A stretch of DNA of 64,000 bases. Source: an uncultured Chloroflexia bacterium (lineage in GTDB: Bacteria > Chloroflexota > Limnocylindria > Limnocylindrales > CSP1-4). The notes beneath the pieces were generated by a model. That model worked only from the letters and a program-made list of their open reading frames with translations. It had not been told where the DNA came from and did not search any database. The stretch is from positions 832,001 to 896,000 of the forward strand of contig CAWHXD010000008.1 in the NCBI GenBank assembly GCA_963833225.1. The letters run 5' to 3'. The position numbers were made by a program, and so were the translations under genes. The first letter of the stretch is position 1; every line of letters starts with the position of its first letter. Below are positions 7,721 to 18,737 of this stretch, piece by piece.

Positions 7721-9913
7721 CTAGCGGATGAACAGCGGGGCGAGGACGAGCGTGATGGTGGCGAGCAGCTTGACCAGCACGTGGAGCGACGGGCCGGCGG
7801 TGTCCTTGAACGGATCGCCCACGGTGTCGCCGACGACGGCCGCGGCATGGGCCTCGGAGCCCTTGCCGAGCACGTTGCCGTTCTCGTCCTTGAGGTTGCC
7901 TGACTCGATGTACTTCTTGGCGTTGTCCCAAGCGCCGCCGCCGTTGTTGAGGACGGTGGCCAGCAGGACGCCGGCGATGGTGCCGACCATCAGCAAGCCC
8001 GCGACAGCCTGGTAGCCGAGCAGGAGGCCGACGACGATCGGCGTGGCCACGGCCACGAGGCCGGGCGCGACCATCTCGCGCAGGGCGGCGGCGGTGGTGA
8101 TGTCCACGACCCGGGCGTAATCCGGCTTCTGGGTGTAGTCCATGATCCCGGGCATCTCGCGGAACTGGCGGCGGACCTCGACGATGATCGACTGCGCCGT
8201 CTTGCCGACCGCCCGGATGGCGAGGCTGCTGAAGAAGTAGACGAGCATGGCCCCGATCAGGGCGGCAACGAACACGTTGACGTCGGCCAGGTCGATGGCC
8301 TGCATGATCTCCTTGCCCTGGCGACTGAGGATCAGGTTGACCTTGTCGATGTAGGCCGAGAACAGCAGGAACGCCGCCAGCGAGGCGGATGCGATGGCGT
8401 AGCCCTTGGTCAGCGCCTTGGTGGTGTTGCCCACCGCGTCGAGACGGTCGGTGATCTCGCGAGCGCCGGCCTCGGCGCGGCTGAACTCCGCGATGCCGCC
8501 GGCGTTGTCGGTGATCGGGCCGAAGGTGTCCATCGCCAGGATGTAGGCGGTGGTCATCAGCATGCCCATCGTGGCCACGGCCGTCCCGAAGATGCCGCCC
8601 CGGTCACCCAGCCCCGACTGGGAGCCGAGCCAGTGGCTCGCGATCAGGGCAATGCCGATCGTGATCGCGGTCACGAACGTCGTCTCGTAGCCGACCGCGG
8701 TTCCGCTGATGATGTTGGTGGCCGGGCCTGTCTTGCTGGCCTCGGCGATCTCCCGCACGGGGCGGTACGAGCCTGCCGTGTAGAACTGGGTGATGTAGAC
8801 GAACGCGACGCTCGTGGCCAGGCCGACGACGCCTGCGGCGAAGAACCAGACCCATGTCGCGATGCCGTTGGCGCCGACGCTGCCCGTGGTCTGCATCGTC
8901 TGGCTGGTGACGAACGCCAGCGCGATGACGGACAGGATCGTCGTCGCCCAGTAGCCGCGGTTGAGGATGTTCATCGGGTTCTCATCCTCTTTGCCGCGGA
9001 TGAAGAACGCGACCGAGATGATGGTGGCCAGGAGGCCGAACCCGCGGATGATCAGCGGGAAGAAGATCCAGGCCGACGGGTTGGGCCACCCGGCCGCCTG
9101 CGCGATCGCATACACGCCGACGCCCAGGATCATCGCCCCGATGTTCTCGGCGGCGGTGGACTCGAACAGGTCGGCTCCGCGGCCGGCGCAGTCGCCGACG
9201 TTGTCGCCAACAAGGTCCGCGATCACGCCCGCGTTGCGGGGGTCGTCCTCGGGAATGCCCTTCTCCACCTTGCCCACGAGGTCGGAGCCGACATCCGCGG
9301 CCTTGGTGTAGATGCCGCCGCCGAGCTGGGCGAAGAGGGCGACGAAGCTGGCCCCGAAGCCGAAGCCGACGATGAGGAACGGTGCCTGGGTGACGGTGTC
9401 TCCGTTCAGGCCGCCGAAGGCCGCGAAGATGCCCCACACGCCGAGCAGCGACAGCGCGACGACGAGGAAACCGGAGACGGCGCCACCGCGCATGGCCACC
9501 TGGACCGCCTCGACGACGCTCCGCCGGGCGGCAGCGGCCGTGCGCACGTTGGACTTGACGCTGATGTACATGCCGATGATCCCGGAGGCCATCGAGCACG
9601 CCGCACCCACGAGGAATGCGATCCCGGTCCGGAACCCGAGGTCCACCCCGAAGATGTCGGTGTCGGCGACCGCCTTGGTCTCGAACGCCGTGATCACGAA
9701 GAAGATGATCACGGCACCGACGAGCGCGAGCCCGCCGATGGTCGTGTACTGGCGGCGAATGAAGGCGACCGCGCCCTCGAAGATGATGTCGCCGACGTCC
9801 TGCATGGCCTGGGGGCCCTTGTCCCGGTGGAGGACGTCACGCGCCAGGTAGAGCGCGAACAGGATCGAGGCCACTCCCGCGATCGGGATGAGCCATTGGA
9901 GCGCGTCAGCCAT
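7721..9913 (-). CDS. hppA: Membrane-bound ion-pumping pyrophosphatase, K+-independent type
   Basis: GGGIYTKAADVGSDLVGKVE, EDDPRN, DNVGD, GNTTKA (Lys variant), GDTVGDPFKDTAGP. Confidence 0.96.
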   Translation of the reverse strand: MADALQWLIPIAGVASILFALYLARDVLHRDKGPQAMQDVGDIIFEGAVAFIRRQYTTIGGLALVGAVIIFFVITAFETKAVADTDIFGVDLGFRTGIAFLVGAACSMASGIIGMYISVKSNVRTAAAARRSVVEAVQVAMRGGAVSGFLVVALSLLGVWGIFAAFGGLNGDTVTQAPFLIVGFGFGASFVALFAQLGGGIYTKAADVGSDLVGKVEKGIPEDDPRNAGVIADLVGDNVGDCAGRGADLFESTAAENIGAMILGVGVYAIAQAAGWPNPSAWIFFPLIIRGFGLLATIISVAFFIRGKEDENPMNILNRGYWATTILSVIALAFVTSQTMQTTGSVGANGIATWVWFFAAGVVGLATSVAFVYITQFYTAGSYRPVREIAEASKTGPATNIISGTAVGYETTFVTAITIGIALIASHWLGSQSGLGDRGGIFGTAVATMGMLMTTAYILAMDTFGPITDNAGGIAEFSRAEAGAREITDRLDAVGNTTKALTKGYAIASASLAAFLLFSAYIDKVNLILSRQGKEIMQAIDLADVNVFVAALIGAMLVYFFSSLAIRAVGKTAQSIIVEVRRQFREMPGIMDYTQKPDYARVVDITTAAALREMVAPGLVAVATPIVVGLLLGYQAVAGLLMVGTIAGVLLATVLNNGGGAWDNAKKYIESGNLKDENGNVLGKGSEAHAAAVVGDTVGDPFKDTAGPSLHVLVKLLATITLVLAPLFIR

Positions 9914-10086
9914 CAGGGTCTGCAGTGCCTCCTACCCGGGTTCAGAGAACGCCGTGATTCGCGTGTTGACTCATCGTGGCGGCGAGCCCCGCGGGTCCAA
10001 ACGGGCGCGGAGCGCCCGCGTGATGACGTGGGCATAGACGCTGGCGGGGGTTCGGAACGCAGGGGAACCGCCGCGCCGGCAGCGGG

Positions 10087-10116
10087 AGTGTATGCGTGCG
10101 CGGACGCACGGGTCAA
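10087..10116 (-). promoter_or_regulatory. Sigma70-type promoter for hppA
   Basis: TTGACC-N18-TACACT on the minus strand, ~170 nt upstream of the ATG. Confidence 0.55.
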
Positions 10117-10283
10117 ACGACTTCCGGGCCCCCAGTGGATGGCATGCAGGGGACCTCCGGACGATGCATCGTGGCCGCCACCACGATCGCGCGGGCCGGA
10201 TGGCCCTACCCGCCGACACCTGCCGGCGCATCCCGGGCACCAGCCGCCCGGATGGAGGGCCCCGACCCCTATACTCCCCGCTC

Positions 10284-10877
10284 GTGGACCGTCGCTCCAG
10301 CATCGGGTGTCTCGTCGAGATCGTCGAGACCCTCGTCCTCACCCTGATCATCTTCTTCGTCATCCAGAACTTCATCGCGCAGCCGTACCAGGTACAGCAG
10401 AACTCGATGGAGCGGACCCTGGAGCCGGGGCAGTACGTGCTGGTCGACAAGCTGACCCCCCGCTGGGATCCCTACAGCCGGGGCGACGTGATCGTGTTCA
10501 ACCCGCCGTCGACCTGGACGGCCGACACCACCCCGTTCATCAAGCGGGTCATCGGGGTGCCCGGGGACACGGTGGCCATCCGGGACGACGGGTTCGTGTA
10601 CGTCAACGGGGTCCGGCTCGATGAGCCCTACACGTACCGCAACAGCGCGGGGCTCAACGAGCCGACCGAGGTCTCGCCCGACCAGACGCGCTGGGTGGTG
10701 CCCGAGGGCGAACTGTTCGTGATGGGTGATCACCGCCAGGCGTCCGCGGACTCGCGCGTGTTCGGGCCGATCAGCGTCACCGCCGTGGTCGGACGCGCGT
10801 TCCTGCGGTACTGGCCCTTCGACACCGTCGGGATCCTTGCGACGCCCGTCTACCCGGGCGTCCCCGCGACGCCCTGA
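10284..10877 (+). CDS. lepB: Signal peptidase I
   Basis: SMERTL (Ser), FIKRVIG (Lys), FVMGDHR...SADSR. GTG start at 10284. Confidence 0.94.
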   Translation: MDRRSSIGCLVEIVETLVLTLIIFFVIQNFIAQPYQVQQNSMERTLEPGQYVLVDKLTPRWDPYSRGDVIVFNPPSTWTADTTPFIKRVIGVPGDTVAIRDDGFVYVNGVRLDEPYTYRNSAGLNEPTEVSPDQTRWVVPEGELFVMGDHRQASADSRVFGPISVTAVVGRAFLRYWPFDTVGILATPVYPGVPATP

Positions 10878-10894
10878 CGGGCGAGCCGCGAGCC

Positions 10895-11620
10895 ATGACC
10901 CCCGTCCTGATCTTCGTCTCCGGCCTCCTGGTCGTGGGTGGGGTCGCGGCCGTCGCCGCCAGCACCCCGCGGGCGGCCGTCCTGGGGCTGCTGCTGGCCC
11001 TTGCCGGCGCCGCCTATGTCGTGGAACCCGTTCCGGGCCCCCTGGCCCTGGGCGTCCGGCTGGCCGGGACCACCCTGGGCGCGTACCTGGTGTGGATCGC
11101 GCTCCGTCGCGCGCCCGGCACGCTCCCGGCGTCGAGTGCTGGCTGGGCTGGATCGGTGGTCATCGCCGTCGCCGGGTTCGCGGCCGGGTTCCTGGCAGCC
11201 GGGACGCTGGGCGTGGCGCTGGCCGGCGGCTCGCCGGAGGGCCCCGGGACCGGTGGGATTGCCGCAGCGCTCATCGAGGGCTCGCTCGTGCCTCGTGCGG
11301 CCCTTGGAGCCGCGTTCGCCCTGGTTGCCCTCGGGCTGCCCCAGGTGGTCCTCGCCCGGGACACGCTGCGTCTCGGCGTTGGGCTGATGCTCCTCCTGGC
11401 CGCAACCGGTCTGGCGTCCAATGCGCTCTATGGCCTGCCGGATCCGGTCGAGGACCTGTCGCTGGCCGTGCTGACCGCGATCGCGGGCGCCGGGACCGCG
11501 GCTCTCGTGGCGGCGTCGATCCGGCGCGGCGGCGAGCTGGTGATCCGGGACAGCCTTCGCCCCGACGCACCCATCCGGCATCGCGCGGCCGACGAGGCCC
11601 ACCGCACCGGGGCGCCCTGA
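10895..11620 (+). CDS. Multi-pass membrane protein of unknown function
   Basis: 241-aa hydrophobic ORF tightly coupled to lepB and to the next gene. Confidence 0.7.
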   Translation: MTPVLIFVSGLLVVGGVAAVAASTPRAAVLGLLLALAGAAYVVEPVPGPLALGVRLAGTTLGAYLVWIALRRAPGTLPASSAGWAGSVVIAVAGFAAGFLAAGTLGVALAGGSPEGPGTGGIAAALIEGSLVPRAALGAAFALVALGLPQVVLARDTLRLGVGLMLLLAATGLASNALYGLPDPVEDLSLAVLTAIAGAGTAALVAASIRRGGELVIRDSLRPDAPIRHRAADEAHRTGAP

Positions 11621-11623
11621 GCG

Positions 11624-13591
11624 ATGCGCCTTCTCGTGTTGCTCGCCATCGGCATGATCGGGGCGCTGGTGTCCGCCTGGGGCCTGCGGCGGGACGGCCG
11701 CGTCGCGCGGCTTTCCGCCCTGGTGGGGGTGCTGGCGCTGGCGGCGGTCACGTTCGCGGTGCTCCTCCTCCGCGACGGGCCGCCGTCACGGACACGTGGC
11801 CAGGCCGATCACTGGACCCTTCGACGCGCACCTCGTGGTCACGGACTTCCTCCGCATGGTCGTGGGCCTGTGGGGCCTCGAGAGCCTGCTGCTGGTCGCT
11901 GTCGCCTGGCTCCTGGGCGGGCTCGCCACGGCTGCGCGGCCTGCTCCCGGCGACGCTCGCCGCGCTGACCGGGCGGCACCGTGGCCATGGCCTCTGCGGA
12001 CCTCGCCGTGGGTGCCGCCGCGGCGGCCGCGACGGGGCTGGCACCGTTGCTGGTGATCCTCGCCGCGCAGGGACCGTCCGCCGTCGCGGCGGGGCGCGCG
12101 CGAGCTGCGCGTGACGCTCGTGGCGGGTGTCGTCGCTGCTCGTCGCGATGGCGGTCGTGCCGCTGGCGCGCGCAGCTTGCGTTGCATCGCCTCCGGCGTG
12201 GGCCTGGACGAGGCGACCGAAGCGGCGTCAGCCGGTGGCGGGGCCGGCCATGGGGCTGGTGACCCTCGCGGTCGGGGGCGCGATCGCGGCCCGCTGGGGG
12301 ATGCTTCCGTTCCACGTGCGCGTCTCCCGGCTGACGGACCTCGTGCCTCCCGAGACGCTCCCGCTGCTGCTCGCCTGGTCGGCCGTACCGCTGACCGTGG
12401 TCGCGTTCGCCGCGGTGGACCGGTTGATCGCCCCGCTGGCGCTGCCGCTCGATGGCGAGCGGGCGATCCTCGCTGCTGGCCGCCGTCACGACGCTGGCCG
12501 GCGCGTCGCTGGCGGCATTCTTCCACGATGACCTGCGGCACGCGGTCGGCTACCTGGTCATCGCCGATGCGGGGCTGCTGCTGCTCGCGATCGCGGCGCT
12601 CGATCCCGACGCCTGGGGACCCGGACGTGCCTGGGTGGTCGCGCTGGCGGCGTCGAAGACCGCACTCGGCGCCTGGGCGGCCGTGACCGAGGACCGGTTC
12701 GAGACCCGGAGCCTGCCCGAGCTGCGGGGCTGGATGCGTCGCTCACCGCTGCTCTCGGCCGCCCTGGTGATCACCGCGGTCGCCACGTTCGGCCTGCCGG
12801 GCTGGGTTGCCCTCCAGGCGCGGGCCGACCTGGCCACGGGTGTCTGGGGCTCGCCATGGAGCGAGCTGCTGCTGCTGGCCGGCTTCCTCACCCTGCCGAC
12901 CTACCTGCGGTTCGCGAGCCTCGGGCTCGGCCGCGTGACCAGCCGGGTGGACCGGGCCGCTCCCGAGCGGATCGTGCGCCGCCGCAAGCCCCTCGAATCG
13001 CTGCGGGTCGAGCAGGAGGGCCCGGAGGGGACAACCCTGGTGGGCGGTGAGACCGCCACCGGCCCCGCGGTCGTCGCCACCTCGGTGGCCAGGTCCGCGG
13101 CGGCGGGAGCCAGGGTGGGCCTCGACCGGGCGGTGGCCGTGACCCGCGGGGCGGCGGCGTCCGCCCGGGGTGCCCTGGCCCGGCGTCCATCAGGTGCTGA
13201 CGTCGCGGGAGACAGCGCGCCTGGCTCGGGCATGCCGATGCCGGACGACGCGAGGACCACGACCGACGCCCAACCGGCCGAGGCGATCGAGGCGATCGAG
13301 CTGCGAGAGCAGACCGGTGCGGCCTCTCCGTCGTCGGCTGCCCCGACCGCTACGAGTGCCTCGAGCCGGCCGCGGACCCGGGCGCGCACCAGCCTGCCGG
13401 GTGCCCGGGCGCGCGCGAGCGCTGCCGGCGCCCGGTTCGCCGGGCTGCTACGGCGCGATCGGACCGAGCTCCTGTCGGGTGCGGTCCTGGCGCTCGCAAT
13501 CCTCGCCGCGCTCACGAGCTGGGGCGTGCTCGATCTCTCGCGCGCCGCCGCCGAGCCCGCACCGATCATCGTGAGCGGGACGACGGACTAG
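11624..13591 (+). CDS. Degenerate proton-conducting antiporter-like membrane subunit (MrpD/NuoN/HyfB-like), split by several frameshifts
   Basis: Consecutive hydrophobic fragments in different frames (11624, ~11800, 11981, 12127, 12452) with WGMLPFH, DDLRHAVGY, LRGWMRRSP and TFGLPG motifs. Confidence 0.6.
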
Positions 13592-13671
13592 GATCCCGGG
13601 CCGGCGGCTGCCGCCTGCCTGGCTGCCGCCCGGCTGCAGGCGCTGGAACGCTGGGCTGTCGAGGCGCCGGC

Positions 13672-14139
13672 CTACTCCCCCGGGGCGAGCACCCAGCGGT
13701 CGATCTCGCGGTCGTAGCTGAGCAGCTCCTCGGGGCGGAACCAGAGGGCGAGCTCCGCGGCGGCATTTTCGGGGCTGTCCGACGCGTGGACCAGGTTCTG
13801 GGCGGTCTCCACCGCGAAGTCGCCCCGGATGGAGCCCGGGGCCGCCTCGTGGGGGCGCGTCGCGCCGTTCATGGCGCGGACGATGGCGATCGCGTTCGGC
13901 GCCTCGAGCGCCGCGGCGACGAGCGGGCCCGAGGTGATGAACTCCACCAGGCCCCGGAAGAATGGCTTCTCGCTGTGGACCGCGTAGTGCTCCTCGGCAA
14001 GCGCACGGTCAACCTGGACCAGCTTGAGCCCGACGAGCTTGAGGCCCCGCTCCTCGAACCGGGCCAGGACGCGGCCCACGAGCTGGCGCTGGACGCCGTC
14101 AGGCTTGACGAGGAGCAGGGTTCGCTGGAGTTCCGGCAT
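13672..14139 (-). CDS. ndk: Nucleoside-diphosphate kinase
   Basis: KPDGVQR, PGSIRGDF, NLVHASDS. Confidence 0.97.
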   Translation of the reverse strand: MPELQRTLLLVKPDGVQRQLVGRVLARFEERGLKLVGLKLVQVDRALAEEHYAVHSEKPFFRGLVEFITSGPLVAAALEAPNAIAIVRAMNGATRPHEAAPGSIRGDFAVETAQNLVHASDSPENAAAELALWFRPEELLSYDREIDRWVLAPGE

Positions 14140-14267
14140 TGAAGATTGGCCCTCGGACTTCCGCTGGGCGACGCCGGACGTGCCGGGATCGCGATGACTT
14201 CTCGGGTGGGAGCACAGGGTAGCGCGAGCGCGGCGGTCGCTGCGCGTCGGGGAGGCCCGCGACGGGG

Positions 14268-15130
14268 TCAGCCTGGGCCCGCCTCCTGGTCTGGCTCCGG
14301 GCGGCGCGCGCGGTCGTAGCTGGCCGCCGCTTCCTGGTCGCGCCCGAGCAGGCGCAGTGCGTCTCCGGCGACCAGCCCCAGCAACGGGGCCGATCCCCCA
14401 TCGCCGATCGCCGCCAGGATGTCCTCGGCGAGCTGCGGGTCGAGACGGATCGCGAGCGACAGGCCCAGGGCCGCCCCGGCGACGTCACCCGTCGCCAGCG
14501 CGGCGCGACCATCCGCCGAGCGCCTCGAGCGCCACCGACGCATTGACCTCGGACGACACCTCGGCCGTCACCGGCACCGGCGCCTCGGGCGACAGCTCCG
14601 CCGGCACGTCGGCCGTCACCGGAACCTCGGCCGGCATCGCGGCCGTCACCGGCACCGCGACACCCGCCTCACCCGCGTCCGCGTCCTCACCCGCCTCACC
14701 CGCGTCCGCGTCCGCATCTGCGTCCGCAGCCGGCACCGGTGCCATCGCCGCCCGCGGATCGCCGGGCCAGACCGCGCTCCGGGGCATCCCGGCAAACAGC
14801 GCGTCGAGCGTCGTTCCCAGGTCCTCGAGCGCCCTGCCGGCGAGGTCGTCGGCCTCCGCGTGGCGGCCCCTGGCGGCGGCCGCCTCCGCCGCGATGACAA
14901 GGGCCAGGGGGTCGTCGACGCCGCCCTCGAGGGCCCTGTCGGCCGACTCGCCGGCGCGCGCCAGGTCCCCCGTCCGCCAGCGGGCCTCGGCGAGGTCGAG
15001 CAGGCGCGGACGCATCGAGCGCTCCGCTGCCGTCGATGAGCTCCAGCTCGGCCCGAGCCAGGGCGAGCGAGCCCATCCGCAGGTGAAGATGCGCGAGGCG
15101 GAGGGCGATGGGCCGGTCGCTGGGCGTCAT
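14268..15130 (-). CDS. Hypothetical TPR-like helical protein with acidic low-complexity linker (frameshifts near 15015 and 14520)
   Basis: Fragments LRLAHLHLRMGSLALARAELE / LLDLAEARWRTGD / LGLVAGDALRLLGRDQEAAASY. Start overlaps the M16 stop. Confidence 0.55.
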
Positions 15131-16396
15131 CGGGCCAGCCTGAGGTGGCGATCCAGCCCGCGCAGGTGGCGGCTCGGGGCGACCACGGCCATCCGCAGGC
15201 GATCCTCCCGGAACAGCTCGTCGGCCAGCCGCCGGATGTCCTCGGACCGGACGGCGGCGACCGCTTCGAGCGCCTCGTCAAGCGTGAACACCCGGTCGTG
15301 GAGCGCCTCCTGGCCACCGACCCATGACGCCAGGTGGCGCGTGTCGTCCATGCGCAGCTCGAGACCGCCGGACAGGTACGCCTTGGCCTTGGCCAGCTCA
15401 TCGGCTGGAACGATCTCGTCCGGTCATCCTCGTCAGCTCGGCGAGGATGGCTTCGATGGCCGCCGGCAGGTTGACCGGATCCACGCCCGCGGAGATCTCC
15501 ACGGCCCCGGCGTCCGCGTACTCCACGACCCCGGAGCTCACGTCGTAGGCGAGCCCCTTCTCCTCCCGCACCCCGAGGAACAGCCGGCTCGACATCCCGT
15601 CCCCCAGCACCGCGTTGAGGACGGCGAGGTTCCAGGCGTCGGGATGATCGCGCCGAAGACCGGGGACGGAGATGGCGAGCTGGGCCTGCGAGGTGTCGCG
15701 GCGACCGACCATGACCCGCGGGCCGGCGGGCAGGGCCGGCGCGGGGGCCGCGGCCGGCACCGTCCCGTTCCCGGTCCCGAACGCGGCGAGCGCGAGCTCC
15801 ACGGCCTCCTCGTGATCCAGGTCACCGGCGACCGCGACCACCGTGTTGGCCGGCCGGTAGAGCGCGCCCCAGAAGTCGCGGATCGCGCCCGCCGGAAGAT
15901 CCCGGATCCCCTGCTCATCGCCGCAGATCTCGCGGCCCAGGGGCCCCTCGCCAAAGAGCGCCGTCTGGATCAGCATCTGGACGTATTCGGCCGGGTCGTC
16001 GAGGTAGGAGCGGATCTCCTCGATGATCACCGTCCGCTCCTGGTCGATGTCCGCCTCGGCAAGGCGTGGCCGCACGACCAGCTCGCCCAGCACGTCCATC
16101 GCCCGGCTCGCCTCGCGTCGGGGCACCCGGGCCCAGTAGACGGTGGACTCCCGGTCGGTGGCGGCATTCGCCGACCCGCCCACGCCTTCGATCGCCTCGC
16201 TGATCGCGCGGCTCGACGGATAGCGCGACGTGCCCTTGAACGTGAGGTGCTCCATGAAGTGGGCGACGCCGGCGTCGGCGGTGGACTCCAGGCGCGAGCC
16301 GGCCAGCACGTACGCGGCCACCGACACGGACCGGGAGGCCGGCAGGCGGGCCGAGATGACGCGCGGCCCGTCGGGCAGCTGGGTGCGGTGGAACAT
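15127..16396 (-). CDS. M16 family (pitrilysin-like) zinc peptidase, frameshift near 15415
   Basis: HFMEH inverted zinc motif, NAAT, SSRLF...REEKGLAY. C-terminus continues in another frame to 15127. Confidence 0.9.
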
Positions 16397-16424
16397 CGAC
16401 TCGATGGTAGCCCCTGAATTCGAA

Positions 16425-16451
16425 GACCGGCGGCCTCGAGGGCCGCCGGTC
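16425..16451 (-). terminator. Hairpin downstream of the NCS2 permease
   Basis: gaccggcggcc / ggccgccggtc inverted repeat, weak U-tract. Confidence 0.4.
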
Positions 16452-16498
16452 GGTTGGTCGTGCGCCGGTTCCGCTGTGCGCGGCCCGGCCCGCGGACC

Positions 16499-17845
16499 CT
16501 ACTTCCCGATGGACAGGATCCACGGGTAGAGGAAGAAGACCAGGAAGGCGATGGTCACGACCCACATCAGCGGGTGGACCTCGCCGATCTTGCCCTTGAC
16601 CACCTTGATCAGCACCCAGGCGATGAACCCGGCGCCGATGCCGACGGTGATGTCGTAGGTGAGCGGCATCAGGATCAGCGTCAGGAGGGCCGGGATGCCG
16701 TCCTCGACGTTGGTGACGTCGATGCCCTTGATCTGGGTGAACATCAGGTAGCCGACGAGCACCAGGGCGGGGGCCGTGGCGACGCCGGGGATGATGCCCG
16801 CGATCGGCGCCAGCAGGATCGCGAGCAGGAACAGGACGCCGGTCACGATGGACGCGAAGCCCGTCCGGCCGCCCTCGGCCACGCCCGCGGCGGATTCGAT
16901 GTACGTCGTGTTGGAGCTGACGCCGGCGAAACCGCCGATCGCGGCTGCCGCGGAGTCGACGAGCAGCACGCGGCCGACGTCCGGCACCGACCCATCCTCG
17001 TTGGCAAGACCCGCCTCCGACGCGACGCCGGTCACGGTGCCCATGGTGTCGAAGAAGTCGGTGAGCATGATCGAGAACACGGTCAGGATCGCGGCCAGCG
17101 GGGCCAGCTTGGCGAACACCTCGAACGGGTCGACCGCGCCGAGCGTGCTGAACGACGGCGTCAGCACGAACGAGGTCGGCATCGACGTCACGCCCGCGAT
17201 GAGCGCGATCACCGTCGTCACCAGGATGCTGATCACGAGCGCGGCCCGGATCTTGAGCACCCACAGGACCACGGTCAGGATCAGGCCGATCCAGAACACG
17301 AAGTCGGCCGCCGTCGTCGGCGCATGGAACGTCACCAGGGTCGCCGGCATGTTCGCCACGACGAACCCGCCGTTGGCGAAGCCGATGAACAGGATGAACA
17401 GGCCGATGCCCACGCCGATGGACTTCTTGAGCGCCAGCGGTACGGCGTTCATGACCGCTTCCCGGAAGCCGACCAGCACCAGGACGAAGACCAGCAGGCC
17501 CTCGAGCAGGATCACGCCCATCGCGCCGGCGGGCGACAGGCCCTGCCCGGTCAGCGAGTAGGCCACGATCCCGTTGATGCCGAGGCCGGCGGCCAGGGCG
17601 AGCGGGTAGTTGCCGATCGCCCCCATCGCGATGGTCATCAGGCCGGCGATCAGGGCCGTGCCGGCCGACAGGGCGACCGCGGTGAAGCGCGCGTCGCCGG
17701 CGGACTCGAACCCACCCATCAGGATGATGGGGTTGAGGAAGATGATGTAGGCCATGACCATGAACGTGGTCAGTCCGGCCCGGGTCTCTGTCGCGAACGT
17801 CGTCCCACGCTCGTCGAACTTGAAGTACTGCGCGATTGCGCTCAT
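16499..17845 (-). CDS. NCS2/AzgA-family purine permease
   Basis: AGLTTFMVMAYIIFLNP, DFFDTMGT, YIESAAGVAEGGRTG. Confidence 0.93.
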   Translation of the reverse strand: MSAIAQYFKFDERGTTFATETRAGLTTFMVMAYIIFLNPIILMGGFESAGDARFTAVALSAGTALIAGLMTIAMGAIGNYPLALAAGLGINGIVAYSLTGQGLSPAGAMGVILLEGLLVFVLVLVGFREAVMNAVPLALKKSIGVGIGLFILFIGFANGGFVVANMPATLVTFHAPTTAADFVFWIGLILTVVLWVLKIRAALVISILVTTVIALIAGVTSMPTSFVLTPSFSTLGAVDPFEVFAKLAPLAAILTVFSIMLTDFFDTMGTVTGVASEAGLANEDGSVPDVGRVLLVDSAAAAIGGFAGVSSNTTYIESAAGVAEGGRTGFASIVTGVLFLLAILLAPIAGIIPGVATAPALVLVGYLMFTQIKGIDVTNVEDGIPALLTLILMPLTYDITVGIGAGFIAWVLIKVVKGKIGEVHPLMWVVTIAFLVFFLYPWILSIGK

Positions 17846-17941
17846 CGCGGTTCTGTCGATGCCTCCCTCGCTGTGGTTCCGGCTCCCTCACCGGTCCCCG
17901 CGGGGACATCCCGCGGAGTGTCGCCCCCGTTGGCTCCCCGA

Positions 17942-18373
17942 CTAGTCCTCCGCCCCGTCCAGGCCCAGCAGCTCCATCTGGACGAAGCCGCCCAGGTCGA
18001 GCTCCAGCTGGCGGGCCGCCAACGGTCCCTCTCCGTCGTCGGCGTGACCTGGCACGTACTCGATGACCACCCGCTCGTCGCCCTGGACCAGGGTGTAGAC
18101 GAGCAGCTGGTCGGCGCGCGTCTCGAACTCGAGGTGCTCGAACGAGTCCACGTTGATCGTGATCGAGATCGGCGTGAAGTACGTCGACATCTCGGGCTCG
18201 TCGGCGACGATCCGCTCGACCCAGCCGGTCCCATGCGCAACCAGCTCCCGCAGCCGGTAGTACCGGTAGGAGACGGTCTGCTTGAGGATCGGGCGGAGCA
18301 GGTGCTGGACGTCGGTCCGACTGGTCACGAGACCCGAGTTGACGAAGAACTTCGCGGGCGGTTCGCTCGCCAC
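17942..18373 (-). CDS. Hypothetical protein (~143 aa)
   Basis: Globular-looking composition and high-GC codon pattern. GTG start with GGAG upstream. Confidence 0.7.
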   Translation of the reverse strand: MASEPPAKFFVNSGLVTSRTDVQHLLRPILKQTVSYRYYRLRELVAHGTGWVERIVADEPEMSTYFTPISITINVDSFEHLEFETRADQLLVYTLVQGDERVVIEYVPGHADDGEGPLAARQLELDLGGFVQMELLGLDGAED

Positions 18374-18737
18374 GGTGGGCTCCAACCTCGTGCTCGAAAG
18401 GGGCTGGACAAGCGGTTCGCCGCGCCGCCTTCCCGGGGCGTCACGACAATGTCCGGATGCTACCCGACGGAGCGGGTTGCGGGCAGGTGACATTCGCACC
18501 TGCCGTAGGCCCCGCCGGGCGTCGACACACCCCGGCGGTCATCGCGGGCGGGCATGTCCGGCAGGAAGCCTGTCGGGGCGTTGCCCCCCAGTCCACCGAA
18601 TCGCCGCTGGTCACCCGGCGGGCACCCTCCCGACTCGAAACCGTGGCCTCCGGGTCCACGAAGCCACCCGCGAAGGGGAAATCGAGGCCCCGGGGGCATC
18701 GAATCCGGGGGTCCGGATGGACCAAGCCGGGTTTCGC

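Noticed and set aside
14560-14730. Short repeats inside the TPR-like gene, and similar ones at 58917-58966
   Set aside because: They encode low-complexity linkers (ADAGEAGE, SATG) and are ordinary coding repeats.
17846-17941. Purine riboswitch upstream of the NCS2 permease
   Set aside because: Only a simple GC hairpin is present, with no purine-riboswitch core consensus visible.
18400-18570. Cluster of hairpins as a structured ncRNA
   Set aside because: Several GC-rich stems are present but no recognisable family, and such stems are expected by chance at this GC content.
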